Positions 1 through 8,695 of a stretch of 29,595 nt of DNA are shown here, one piece after another. A program made the position numbers and the translations under genes. This DNA comes from a virus (lineage: Duplodnaviria > Heunggongvirae > Uroviricota > Caudoviricetes). The stretch's first letter is position 1. Each line of letters opens with the position of its first letter. The stretch lies in the IMG/VR virus record IMGVR_UViG_2558860274_000007; one strand, written 5' to 3'. The notes beneath the pieces are model-generated. The model was not told the DNA's origin. It did not search any database and saw only the letters and a list, made by a program, of their open reading frames with translations.

Positions 1-219
1 TCACATCCACATAATTTGCTGCCCTGACGGCAACGGGTGCGGCCTTACGGCGTGGACTTCTCCCGGCTTCACGATGTATCGCTGTACCGACTCATAAGTG
101 ATGAACGTGGCACTGCAATTCACGTTCTGGCACTGATGATAACGCTCTTTTGTCGTGTCAGTGATATAGCGGCTTGTACGCGCATGTGCGGCATGCTGGC
201 ATAAAGGACAATGAAACAT
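1..219 (-). CDS. ogr: Ogr late-gene transcriptional activator, 72 aa zinc-finger protein
   Basis: Translation MFHCPLCQHAAHARTSRYITDTTKERYHQCQNVNCSATF... matches P2 Ogr with its C-x2-C...C-x4-C zinc motif. The ATG is at 217-219; the longer track ORF (1-348) is an upstream extension. Confidence 0.93.
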   Translation of the reverse strand: MFHCPLCQHAAHARTSRYITDTTKERYHQCQNVNCSATFITYESVQRYIVKPGEVHAVRPHPLPSGQQIMWM

Positions 220-298
220 CGCGAGCACCTCTTCCGGTTTTGTTGATGGTGCCATTTTAGTTAAATTACCCTTATAAAACAAACAGATAAAAAAAACT

Positions 299-1462
299 TT
301 ACTCATCACCTTCTGTTTCGTACTCCACATCAGAAAGCCTGACCTCAAGCTCTAAGGACGTCGTGAAGCCGCTATTATTGAGAAAATGTGCCACCTTAGT
401 GATTGTCCAGTCCTGCTCGTCTATGACGCGCTTAAAGCCTGATACTTTGACCGGCGTTTCCGTGTAAATATCTGCCCGACCAGTAGCCAGACTGATGGAG
501 AACTCCGCAACGCCCCGTTGCAGCTTATCCCACTTCGCCTGAGCGGCGCGCATGGCCTGCGCTTTCGTGGCATATACCGTGGTCAGGGCAAAAACGTTGT
601 CAGCCTCACCTGCCATGTATTCACCTTCGCGCGCTTCCGGTACTTTTGGCGCTTTCTTCTGCGTGACTGGTTTCGCTTTCGGGTGCTCCAGTGCGCGCAG
701 GTGTTTCTCTTTCTTTTTGCGTTTCAGTTTTACCTTCTGCTTTTGCGGCTTCGGGTCTTTGGTGTGTAACCACTTTGCCGTTACGCCGGTGTAAGCTCCA
801 CGGTCAGCAATCGCAAAATGATGACGGTCGCCGTCGCTGCGGGTGATGGTAATCTGCGGGATTTTTTTACCACTGGCCGTCACCCCCTGCCCCGCTTTGA
901 GAAACAACAGTTTTCCCATTTTTACAGAGACCTCACCGCCGTTGCGTTCTGCAAGACGGGTCAGGAATTTCGCATCAGACTCCTGCGACTGGTCGATGTG
1001 CGGGATTTTAATTCCGGCCAGTGACGGAGCGACACTGGCTTCCAGTCTGTTACGGGAGGCTATCGCCTCAACAATCGCACCGAGCGTGGTGTCATGCCAG
1101 GAGCCTTCACGGCGGGAATTGAGCGTCCCGCGGAAATCTGCACTCCGGGCGCGGATGGTGACCACATCCGGCGCGCCCCGGTGTTCAACCTCATCAACGG
1201 TGAATTTCCCTTTGCATACCAGGGCAAAACCTTTCCAGCCGATATACACCGTCAGGACAGCGCCACGAACCGGCAGCCCGACCTGCCCGTCGGCATCGTT
1301 CAGTTCAATATCAAGCTGGTCAGCCTCAAAGCCCCGGTTATCCGTCAGGGTCATGCTCATCAGACGGTCGCTGATATTGCCGGTAATATCCCTGCTGTCG
1401 AGCATCAGCATGTAATCCGGCGTCAGCGTACTGCCTGCATCAAATGTCAGCGCGTCCAGCAT
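299..1462 (-). CDS. D: Tail protein D (late gene D), 387 aa
   Basis: Start chosen at MLDALTFDAGST (ATG at 1462), giving the P2 gpD length of 387 aa. The track ORF extends to 1600 only because it runs into the inserted P-gene fragment. Confidence 0.88.
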   Translation of the reverse strand: MLDALTFDAGSTLTPDYMLMLDSRDITGNISDRLMSMTLTDNRGFEADQLDIELNDADGQVGLPVRGAVLTVYIGWKGFALVCKGKFTVDEVEHRGAPDVVTIRARSADFRGTLNSRREGSWHDTTLGAIVEAIASRNRLEASVAPSLAGIKIPHIDQSQESDAKFLTRLAERNGGEVSVKMGKLLFLKAGQGVTASGKKIPQITITRSDGDRHHFAIADRGAYTGVTAKWLHTKDPKPQKQKVKLKRKKKEKHLRALEHPKAKPVTQKKAPKVPEAREGEYMAGEADNVFALTTVYATKAQAMRAAQAKWDKLQRGVAEFSISLATGRADIYTETPVKVSGFKRVIDEQDWTITKVAHFLNNSGFTTSLELEVRLSDVEYETEGDE

Positions 1463-1489
1463 TATCCCGCCCCCGTCATACCCGTGAAT

Positions 1490-1619
1490 GAAAACCGCAA
1501 TGGTGCTCAAGGCAAAAGACGTTATTCGCCGTGGCTGTCTGGAATATGACGTCAGCGCCACCGACATCACCAGCTCGTTTATGGCTATCCGCAAGACCAT
1601 GACCAGCAGCGGACGCAGT
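1490..1619. repeat. Diverged ~130-bp direct copy of an internal segment of terminase gene P, inserted between U and D
   Basis: 1490-1619 matches 18153-18284 in the same orientation with a few mismatches (ctcaag/cttaag, attcgcc/atccgcc, tatgac/tacgac). Flanking sequence on both sides is unrelated. Confidence 0.8.
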
Positions 1620-2070
1620 TAGTCGCCATACTGCCAGCCTTACCGATGAGCGATTCCGCCTGTTTACCGATATCGCCATAAAGCGCGGCCAGTGATTCAT
1701 CAACGCGGGTGAGCGACAACGTAAAATCAATTTTCCGGGGTGTGCCGTCTGCAAAGAAAATACTCCCTGTTTCACTCACCCTGCTGATGACATACATGCC
1801 GTAAATCATGCCGGTGCCATCCAGCAACGGCCACGCCCGGCCTTCCTCTGCCATCAGCCTGAGCGTGGTCATCGTCAGCTTCCCGCCGGTCAGTTCGGGA
1901 TAAAGCACGCCGGCAAGCGTCATGTTTTCCTCACCCACACCGAGAAACTGAAAGGCATCCCGTTTACCGATACGGGAATTTGACGGCCAGCGATAATCTG
2001 ATTCGCGCTGCATGGTCTGGTGTGGCAGCGTCTGGCGCATAAAAACAAACATACCTAACGCGAGCATCAT
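1585..2070 (-). CDS. U: Tail protein U, with the C-terminal 11 residues encoded by the inserted P-fragment copy
   Basis: MMLALGMFVFMRQTLPHQTMQRESDYRWPSNSRIGKRDAF... is P2 gpU-like through ...GKAGSMAT; the tail NCVRCWSWSCG is read from the repeat at 1585-1620. Confidence 0.85.
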   Translation of the reverse strand: MMLALGMFVFMRQTLPHQTMQRESDYRWPSNSRIGKRDAFQFLGVGEENMTLAGVLYPELTGGKLTMTTLRLMAEEGRAWPLLDGTGMIYGMYVISRVSETGSIFFADGTPRKIDFTLSLTRVDESLAALYGDIGKQAESLIGKAGSMATNCVRCWSWSCG

Positions 2071-2084
2071 TTTTCGTCACCTCC

Positions 2085-4532
2085 TTAACCGTCATGCATC
2101 ATGCTGGCACGGGCGCGCGCACGTTTATCCCGCTCGTATTTTTCGAGCGCATCCTGTAACTGGCGGTCAAGCTGTGTCCCCGGCGCAGTACCACCGGTCA
2201 GGCTGATGTGATATTCGTTTTTACTCTGGTCCACATAAGAGCGGCCAGCCGGTGCCGTGACCGGCTGATAAGCCTGATAGCCTGCATAAGAGCTGGTCGC
2301 CGGAATATAACCACCGGTGCCATACGTGGCGGCATTAGTCCTTGCGGCGGTCTGGTCAAGTGTGTCTGACTCTTTGTTGATGACACCGAGTTTTTCCAGT
2401 ACCCAGTCAATACCACTGCGCAGTTTGTTGAACGCATTAAGCGGCAGCATCAACGCGTCAGCCAGTGCCTGCCCGAACATGACACCCGTGTCACGGCAAC
2501 GGTTCAGGGTGTCCTGGGTGGCTTTGACCGGGGCAATCAGGTTTTTAAACCACTGCCACGCGGCCTGTAACTTTTCGCCCAGCCAGTCAAACACCGGCTT
2601 AAGTGGCGTGAACAGTTCCCCCACCGGCGCAAATGCCGCTTTCAGCCCTTCCACCACACCGCCAAAGAATGCGCTGACAGGCTCCCAGTATTTACGAATA
2701 AGCAACGCCCCGGCGACAATGGCGGCCACCACGGCAACAACCGGCCAGCTAATCGCCCCGATGGCCGTCATAACAGCACTGCCAACCGTCGTGAAGATTG
2801 CCCCCATTGCGCCTGCTGCCGCGATGATGGCATTGATGCCGGTGATAACCGGCCAGGCTACGAGGCCAATGGCACCGATGACGCCAGTCAGCGCCAGTGC
2901 GCCACCGACAATGAGGCCGATGGTTGACGCCAGTGATTTGTTTTTCTGGATCCAGCCGTCGAGTTTTAACACATACTTTGTGGCCGTCTGTGTGAGCTTA
3001 CGCAGTGCGCCTTCCTGCTGGTCAAACAGGTCAGTCCCCACCGCCTCATAAGCGGACTGAAACTCCTTAAAGTCACCGCCGAGGTTATCCTGCATGATTT
3101 TAACCAGCTCTTCCGTTTTACCGTCCGAGGCTTTCAGCGTGGCGGTCAGCGTATCCAGTTTTCCGCTTGCTGCCGCTGCCAGTAAAACGTTCGCTGATTT
3201 CAGGGCTTCCTCACCAAAAATGGTTTTAAGGTATTCCCCCTTCTGAGACGTTCCCAGCTTGTGTTTATCAAAGCTGGCCTGAATCTCTTTCAGAATGGTG
3301 AACAACGGGCGCATATTTCCCTTTTTGTCCGAGGTTTTAACGCCAAGCTCTTTGAGTGCATCCCATGCTTTCCCTGTCGGAGCCTGTAATCGGGTGACAA
3401 CGGCACTGCTACCCGTACCCGCCATTGACCCCCTGATGTTATTGTCATGCAGCACACCTGTCATGGCTGCTGCCTGCTCAAGACTTACACCTGCCGTCTT
3501 CGCAACCGGGCCGAGATAAGTCAGTGCATCACTGAGTCCCTGAAAATCAGCCGCCGACTTATTCATCGTTGCCGACAACACGTCGCCCACATGACTGACA
3601 TCATCATTTGACAGTTGAAAGGATGCCTTAGTCCCCAGCAACAGTTGCGCGTTTTCTTCCATCGACCGCTGATTCGCCAGTGCCATATTCAGCGTGACCG
3701 GCGTTGCCGCCTGAATAGCCGCAGCATCTCCACCGGCTTTCGCAATGATAATCTGTGCACCGGCTGCATCATCCGCCGAGGCGGCAGTATTGTCACCGAG
3801 CTGGCGCGCCTGCTTGCGGAGTGCGGCCATTTCGGCGGAGTCTTTTGCCACGCCGAGCACGGCCTGCAATTCTGAGTTTTTCTGCGCAAACTCATAACCG
3901 GGCATCAGCAACTTAACACCGGCCATCGTTCCCGCCGCCGCAATCCCCACACCGGCAGCGCCCACTGAGGCCATAGTTCCGGCCAGTTCCTTTCCGGCCT
4001 GATAACGCTGTTTTACTGCGTTAAGTTTTGCCTGTTGCGCACTGACACGCGCCAGCGCGTCACGCTGCCGGTTAAGCTGCGCGGTGGTTTCACTGATACG
4101 GTTTTTCAGCCCCTGCTCATCATGTGCAAGATTGCGGGTATTAATTCCCACAGCAGCCAGTTCCCGCTGCTGGCGTTTAACGGAATCCGTCAGGCGGTTA
4201 TATTTCGCCTGTAAGTCCTCCGCTGCTCGCTTTGCGGATTCCAGCACTTTCGCCTGAGCACGGGTCGGACGCTCGGTGTTTTTAAACTGTGTGGCAAGGG
4301 CTTCGGCCTCCTGCCGTGCCTTTTCAAGTGCATGACCAGTCACGGCGAGCTGTGCACTGGTCTTGCGGAATCCCTCAATACGGGATGCCTGACCGTTCAG
4401 CTCGCGCAGTGATTTTTGTGTTTCCCGGATATCCCCCGACAGCGACTTACTCGCTGTGCGGATGGATTTAAACGGGCGGGATGCCTGGTCAACAGCCCTG
4501 AGCAATACCTGTAATTTTACATTGTTACTCAT
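2085..4532 (-). CDS. T: Tail tape measure protein T, 815 aa
   Basis: 815-aa ORF (the P2 gpT length), coiled-coil-rich N-terminal half and Gly/Ala-rich hydrophobic middle; sits between E/E' and U as in P2. Confidence 0.92.
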   Translation of the reverse strand: MSNNVKLQVLLRAVDQASRPFKSIRTASKSLSGDIRETQKSLRELNGQASRIEGFRKTSAQLAVTGHALEKARQEAEALATQFKNTERPTRAQAKVLESAKRAAEDLQAKYNRLTDSVKRQQRELAAVGINTRNLAHDEQGLKNRISETTAQLNRQRDALARVSAQQAKLNAVKQRYQAGKELAGTMASVGAAGVGIAAAGTMAGVKLLMPGYEFAQKNSELQAVLGVAKDSAEMAALRKQARQLGDNTAASADDAAGAQIIIAKAGGDAAAIQAATPVTLNMALANQRSMEENAQLLLGTKASFQLSNDDVSHVGDVLSATMNKSAADFQGLSDALTYLGPVAKTAGVSLEQAAAMTGVLHDNNIRGSMAGTGSSAVVTRLQAPTGKAWDALKELGVKTSDKKGNMRPLFTILKEIQASFDKHKLGTSQKGEYLKTIFGEEALKSANVLLAAAASGKLDTLTATLKASDGKTEELVKIMQDNLGGDFKEFQSAYEAVGTDLFDQQEGALRKLTQTATKYVLKLDGWIQKNKSLASTIGLIVGGALALTGVIGAIGLVAWPVITGINAIIAAAGAMGAIFTTVGSAVMTAIGAISWPVVAVVAAIVAGALLIRKYWEPVSAFFGGVVEGLKAAFAPVGELFTPLKPVFDWLGEKLQAAWQWFKNLIAPVKATQDTLNRCRDTGVMFGQALADALMLPLNAFNKLRSGIDWVLEKLGVINKESDTLDQTAARTNAATYGTGGYIPATSSYAGYQAYQPVTAPAGRSYVDQSKNEYHISLTGGTAPGTQLDRQLQDALEKYERDKRARARASMMHDG

Positions 4533-4952
4533 TCGTGTTTCCGCTTCGCCGGAGCGCCTTTTCGCGCCATGTGATGAGTTCGGTCAGGCTCATGGGATAC
4601 AGTTCTGATGGCGGCCAGTGAAATATCACTGCCACATCTGCCATCAGGTCATCGACCGACAGATTTTTCGGAAACGTCACTGCACCGAGTTCGGCGACAA
4701 AAAACCGACCACCTTACCGGCCAGCGCCACAAGGTCAGGCAGTTCCAGCGCGGCGACCTCCTGCTCGGTCAGCATCGGTGCCGTCATGCGCGGCAGTACC
4801 TTAATCAGTGCATCGACTTCGGAGTTTGCAACCGCAGCCAGACTGACACCGCGCAGCGTCCCGGCATTGGGTTTCATCAGCGTGACCTGTTCGATAACCT
4901 GCTCACCACGCTTGACCGGATTGTCCAGGGTAATCACATTTTCTTTGTTCAT
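4525..4952 (-). CDS. E+E': E+E' tail assembly chaperone fusion made by programmed -1 frameshift, predicted 142 aa
   Basis: Slippery TTTTTTG on the minus strand at 4698-4704, six codons before the E stop. Reading in the -1 frame from there gives a 57-codon extension ending at TAA 4525-4527, which overlaps the T start codon. 85 + 57 = 142 aa, the size I recall for P2 E+E'. Confidence 0.7.
4677..4952 (-). CDS. E: Tail assembly chaperone E, 91 aa
   Basis: 91-aa ORF MNKENVITLDNPVKRGEQVIEQ... directly upstream of T, the P2 gpE position and size. Confidence 0.9.
   Translation of the reverse strand: MNKENVITLDNPVKRGEQVIEQVTLMKPNAGTLRGVSLAAVANSEVDALIKVLPRMTAPMLTEQEVAALELPDLVALAGKVVGFLSPNSVQ
4698..4704 (-). 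other. Slippery heptamer TTTTTTG for the E/E' -1 frameshift
   Basis: Read directly from the sequence; codons GGT TTT TTG of E (G-F-L) on the minus strand. Confidence 0.65.
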
Positions 4953-5008
4953 GGTTTTCTCACTTCTGAATCGGGGTTAACCGGTCAGCCAGGCTGACCG
5001 GATGAAAA

Positions 5009-5527
5009 TCACAGGCCGATATTGCGGCGGTGTTGCTCCAGCCGGTCGACGCCGTTCACCTTCTCAATCATGTTGATGGTGTCGATTTCGACCAGCTCCT
5101 TACCGTCCATCGTCAGCCGGAAATAGGTGCAGACCACGGAGATTTTCGACTCGGTGTCTTCTCCCTGTTTGCCCTCGCCGGTGTCGATTTCTTTCTGACG
5201 TCCACGCATGACCACTTCGACGGCCACCGTTTCGCCGGTATCGTCACGCTGGTAAGAGCCTGCAAAACGAATCGGCACAGCATCCACACCGGTTGCGGCG
5301 TAAAGCTCCCAGATAACCGAATCCGGGAAGCCACCGAGCGACCACTCCATTGACAGCGCATCGTCATCAAGGCCGAGGTCTACCGGTGCGCTGCCGTTCA
5401 TCCCCGCACCGCGATAGTTTTCGAGCTTACGGGTCAGTTTTGGCAGCGTGACGGACTTTGCAACGCCCTGATAGCTGTAGCCGTTCAGAAAGACGTTCAT
5501 TAACTTGAGTTTGCGCGGCATTGCCAT
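5009..5527 (-). CDS. FII: Tail tube protein FII, 172 aa
   Basis: 172-aa ORF immediately downstream of FI; size and position match P2 gpFII. Confidence 0.92.
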   Translation of the reverse strand: MAMPRKLKLMNVFLNGYSYQGVAKSVTLPKLTRKLENYRGAGMNGSAPVDLGLDDDALSMEWSLGGFPDSVIWELYAATGVDAVPIRFAGSYQRDDTGETVAVEVVMRGRQKEIDTGEGKQGEDTESKISVVCTYFRLTMDGKELVEIDTINMIEKVNGVDRLEQHRRNIGL

Positions 5528-5539
5528 CGGTCAGGCTCC

Positions 5540-6730
5540 TTAATTGCTGTTAACCGAAGTGACCAGATTTGCCAGGTATTTATCGGTAATGCGCTGGCGC
5601 AGGGTCAGATTTTCAAGAGGAGGCACCGGGGTATAGTCGTAGTCGATATACAGTTTTCCGGCCTTGAGGGTTTCCGCATCGTTGGACTCTTCGCTGAACC
5701 AGCAGGTCGCATCCACGATATAGCCGTTTGTTTTCAGCTCACGGAATTTGGCATTGATGCCGTCAACGATGTCGCGAATCAGCGTTGCGGTGATGGGCTT
5801 GTCCACCGCCCACATGTGCGCCTCAGCCATCGTGTCGGCCAGCACCTGCGCGGTGCGGGTGTAGTTTTCAAAGAGGAACAGCGGATCATCAGAGCAGGTA
5901 CGGTTACCCCAGAAGCGGAAACCGTCACGGCGAATCAGCGTTGTGATGCCTGACTCGTTAAGCAGGTCAGCATCGGTGCCGGACTCCTGCAAATCCCAGA
6001 ATACGGACGCGCTGATGCCGGTAACACCGTTCACCCCGACGTTGGACAGCGTTTTATGCCAGCCCTGCTCCTGGTCGATTTTAGCGCGCAGACCCAGCGC
6101 ACGGGCGGTGGCATACGCGGTGGCGGTGGTACTGGCGACCGTATCCCATGCGAGGAAATCCGGCCAGATGACCATCAGCTCACGCTGGCTGAAATTCTGG
6201 CGGTAGGCTTTCACCTCGGAAATGGTTTTACAGCCCCATGCGCTGATATACCCGAAAGCGCGCAGCTTCTGACAGACTGATGCCAGTGCAACAGCCACCT
6301 CTTTGGTGTCCAGTCCCGGCACGCCGAGAATACGCGGTTTAACACCGGTTACCGACTCTGCCGCCAGCAGGGCCTTCAGTCCGGTGTACTGACCGTTTTC
6401 GTCAGTGGTGCCGATGATATTGGAAACGGTCTGCGCGAGTTTCGTTTCTTCGTCTTCGCCGGTGCCGTCTTCCACACGTACGACAACGGTGACCGGTTTT
6501 GACTGGTCGGCGATAGCCTGCAACGACGCCGCCAGCGTGCCTTTTTTACCGGCCTTTGCAATTGCACTCTGCACATTGGTAATCAGCACCGGTTTATTGA
6601 GGGGGAAGATTTCCGCATCCGCATCGCTGGCCGTGCAGACCATGCCAACAATGGCGGTGGATACGGTGGAAATGACGCGGGTGCCGTCGTTAATCTCCAG
6701 CACCTGCACGCCGTGATGATAGTCACTCAT
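5540..6730 (-). CDS. FI: Contractile tail sheath protein FI, 396 aa
   Basis: 396-aa ORF MSDYHHGVQVLEINDGTRVISTVSTAIVGMV...; GGAG ribosome-binding site about 8 nt upstream of the ATG. Confidence 0.93.
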   Translation of the reverse strand: MSDYHHGVQVLEINDGTRVISTVSTAIVGMVCTASDADAEIFPLNKPVLITNVQSAIAKAGKKGTLAASLQAIADQSKPVTVVVRVEDGTGEDEETKLAQTVSNIIGTTDENGQYTGLKALLAAESVTGVKPRILGVPGLDTKEVAVALASVCQKLRAFGYISAWGCKTISEVKAYRQNFSQRELMVIWPDFLAWDTVASTTATAYATARALGLRAKIDQEQGWHKTLSNVGVNGVTGISASVFWDLQESGTDADLLNESGITTLIRRDGFRFWGNRTCSDDPLFLFENYTRTAQVLADTMAEAHMWAVDKPITATLIRDIVDGINAKFRELKTNGYIVDATCWFSEESNDAETLKAGKLYIDYDYTPVPPLENLTLRQRITDKYLANLVTSVNSN

Positions 6731-6825
6731 CCGTTTAACTCCGTGGTTAATGGGTGCAACTATTTTCTGTTGGGCAGTGCATGAGACGCTATTTGACCTG
6801 GCTGGTCAGTGGATGAAACAACAGA

Positions 6826-6856
6826 TAAAGAAAAGGCAGGCAATTCGCCCGCCTGT
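6826..6856 (-). terminator. Putative intrinsic terminator for the cargo gene at 7050-7949
   Basis: On the minus strand: 8-bp stem AGGCGGGC/GCCTGCCT (one G-U wobble), 5-nt loop, then TTTTCTTTATCT. Confidence 0.4.
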
Positions 6857-7049
6857 CCTGATTTGTACTCACTCATTTTCCGACTGACAATTTACATAGC
6901 CAAAACGCTATCAAATCTGACAGTCTGCTTTGAGCGAGGAGCAGAGGTTAGTTTTAGTTAACCAAAATGATAAAAAGCAGTAGAAAAATCCGCTCATTAC
7001 GTTATGGTTATAAGCCGCACATAATCATCCGAGCCAAATCCTCTTGATT

Positions 7050-7949
7050 TCAAAGAATTAGCACTTGCTCTTCACTAGAAACTATGGTTCTGACTTCACG
7101 CTCAAATGTTGGATCCATTATCATTTTTCTATTTGTTGGAATAGTAAATTTACCGAGTACCATGACAATGCTACTCAACGGAAATAATTTTGGAGTAACA
7201 TTTCCTAATTGAATCGTAGGATATATATTAAAGCCCCCTTTTATCCTCATTGGCGAACCTTCAATGAAGTGTCGATAATTAAATTTCGCCATAGGGATTC
7301 TCGCCACATGCACTTTCATAATTACAGCAACCTGAGCTATTTTTACTTTCTGGAGGTAAGTTGACAATCGTTCTAACTGCGTTGTTTCATAGAAAAAATC
7401 AGACCACGTTACAGTACTTGTTCCAGTAACAATTTTTATGCTGTTTCTCTTGTTGGGGTGAGCTTTTCCATATTCATAGATCTCCCGTAAGCTATCCATG
7501 TTCTTCACATAGGGGGCTTTCCGACCTCTCTTGACATAAACGCGGTCTGTAGTATCAGAAGGTGGATTTGCCTGCATAGCTGCAGCTTTTCTGCTTAATT
7601 TAGAGATATCATCTTCATCGAGTATATGTATACGGAATATATTATTACCTGTGGCAAGCGCACGGCTGATATCATGACTGGAATCACTTGCATAAATTGT
7701 ATTCAATCCTGAAGTTCCATACTGACATAATTTGTCATGCGTGAAATTTTTTTCCAGTCTAAAGAAGGCGGGGATATGCAAGGTTTTATTAAAACTCCGA
7801 CGAATATGGCTTTTGACATACACCAAATGAGCAGAGCAATTTGGGTCAGGACATTTGAGTGGATAGGGATTAACACTATAATTAAAAGTATTTACATTTA
7901 CTAAAATCTGATTGTTATCAATAGCCTGAGTTATACGAATACCACTCAT
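7050..7949 (-). CDS. Hypothetical 299-aa protein of unknown function at the Z/fun-equivalent position (between FI and G); candidate accessory or defence gene
   Basis: Long ORF that is clearly AT-rich compared with the flanking tail genes. GGAGGAG ribosome-binding site a few nt before the ATG. N-terminal Cys/His cluster (C-PDPN-C...H...H...C). No family recognised by eye. Confidence 0.75.
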   Translation of the reverse strand: MSGIRITQAIDNNQILVNVNTFNYSVNPYPLKCPDPNCSAHLVYVKSHIRRSFNKTLHIPAFFRLEKNFTHDKLCQYGTSGLNTIYASDSSHDISRALATGNNIFRIHILDEDDISKLSRKAAAMQANPPSDTTDRVYVKRGRKAPYVKNMDSLREIYEYGKAHPNKRNSIKIVTGTSTVTWSDFFYETTQLERLSTYLQKVKIAQVAVIMKVHVARIPMAKFNYRHFIEGSPMRIKGGFNIYPTIQLGNVTPKLFPLSSIVMVLGKFTIPTNRKMIMDPTFEREVRTIVSSEEQVLIL

Positions 7950-8088
7950 TACTCCTCCATAAAGATAGGCGCAAGCATTTAGTAATAAACCATTAACATG
8001 CCGAGATCATACCCGATCATTGAAATGTAAACACTCCCCTAAGACGGCTGCTGGCATAATATTTTATGACATCAGCAATGCCCACCTC

Positions 8089-8130
8089 TGGCACAGAGTG
8101 GACTGTCAGATTAGGCTTTACTCTGTGCCA
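8089..8130. repeat. Inverted repeat with 11-bp arms (TGGCACAGAGT / ACTCTGTGCCA) and a ~20-nt spacer, between G and the cargo gene
   Basis: Perfect arms read from the sequence. No adjacent T-run on either strand, so not a canonical terminator. Confidence 0.3.
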
Positions 8131-8164
8131 TAGATATGTAAGCCCACACTAGAGCTCATACAAC

Positions 8165-8692
8165 TTATTGCGGCATTTCCGGCCATTCAGGATTTGCAGG
8201 ATCCACACGGCTGACCAGAACGCTGTAGCGTTCCCATGACTCCAGTCGTGCACGTTCCTCATCCGTCGCCATATTCAGCCTGACAGCGCGTTCCAGTGGC
8301 TGAATAACGCTTTCCGCTTCGGAAAGTAACGCGGCCTTTTGTGATTCTGCCTGTTGTTGCTGTTCATCTGCCGTATAAATCCGTTTAACCACAGCACCAT
8401 CCTTAAACATCCATTTACCTGAGTCGTCAGCACGTCGATTGGAGGTAATATCAGGAACCTCAACAACGCTAAAACCTTCAGGATTAAGCGTTGAAGCATC
8501 TCTGGTGATGGCGACAATAATATTATTTTCATCGTAAACAATCTTTATTGTGTCTGGCTGAAAGTTCTTCACTTCCTCATACCAGTTTTTTCCGTCTTCG
8601 GACCATAACCAGATAACATCAAAATTCTTTGTTAGCTGATATTGTTCTTTTGTTTTTGGATTACCTGACTTAATGTTCTTTAAATGCTGCAT
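8165..8692 (-). CDS. G: Tail fiber assembly protein G, 175 aa
   Basis: 175-aa ORF immediately downstream of H. The 5' part is noticeably more AT-rich than the 3' part, as expected for a mosaic host-range module. Confidence 0.9.
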   Translation of the reverse strand: MQHLKNIKSGNPKTKEQYQLTKNFDVIWLWSEDGKNWYEEVKNFQPDTIKIVYDENNIIVAITRDASTLNPEGFSVVEVPDITSNRRADDSGKWMFKDGAVVKRIYTADEQQQQAESQKAALLSEAESVIQPLERAVRLNMATDEERARLESWERYSVLVSRVDPANPEWPEMPQ

Positions 8693-8695
8693 AAC

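Noticed and set aside
220-348. Upstream extension of the ogr ORF (MRSGFLMWSTKQ...)
   Set aside because: Ogr is a 72-aa protein starting at MFHCPLCQ; the extension has no support and runs into the ogr-D intergenic region.
1463-1600. N-terminal extension of the D ORF (MVLRIAINELVMSVALTSYSRQPRRITSFALSTIAVFIHGYDGGGI...)
   Set aside because: It is the reverse-strand reading of the inserted terminase fragment. Native D starts at MLDALTFDAGST (1462), giving the P2 length of 387 aa.
1476-1775. 99-aa minus-strand ORF and its counterpart at 17902-18351 sharing AGHGLADSHKRAGDVGGADV
   Set aside because: Both are antisense or overlapping readings of the duplicated P-gene segment and lie inside or against better-supported genes (U, D, P). 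Their similarity simply reflects the repeat.
2317-3051. 244-aa plus-strand ORF inside the tape measure gene
   Set aside because: Antisense to T, Ser/Ala/Thr-rich low-complexity translation typical of GC-rich antisense frames, no ribosome-binding site.
4608-4997. Plus-strand ORFs of 129 and 120 aa overlapping E/E'
   Set aside because: Antisense to the well-supported E and E' frames; Arg/Ser-rich, no start context.
6731-6825. Attempt to pinpoint the Ogr-dependent late promoter (TGT-N12-ACA) upstream of FI, and similarly upstream of V and between O and P
   Set aside because: Promoters are expected there from P2 biology, but I could not find an exact TGT-N12-ACA match by eye, so no specific promoter coordinates are asserted.
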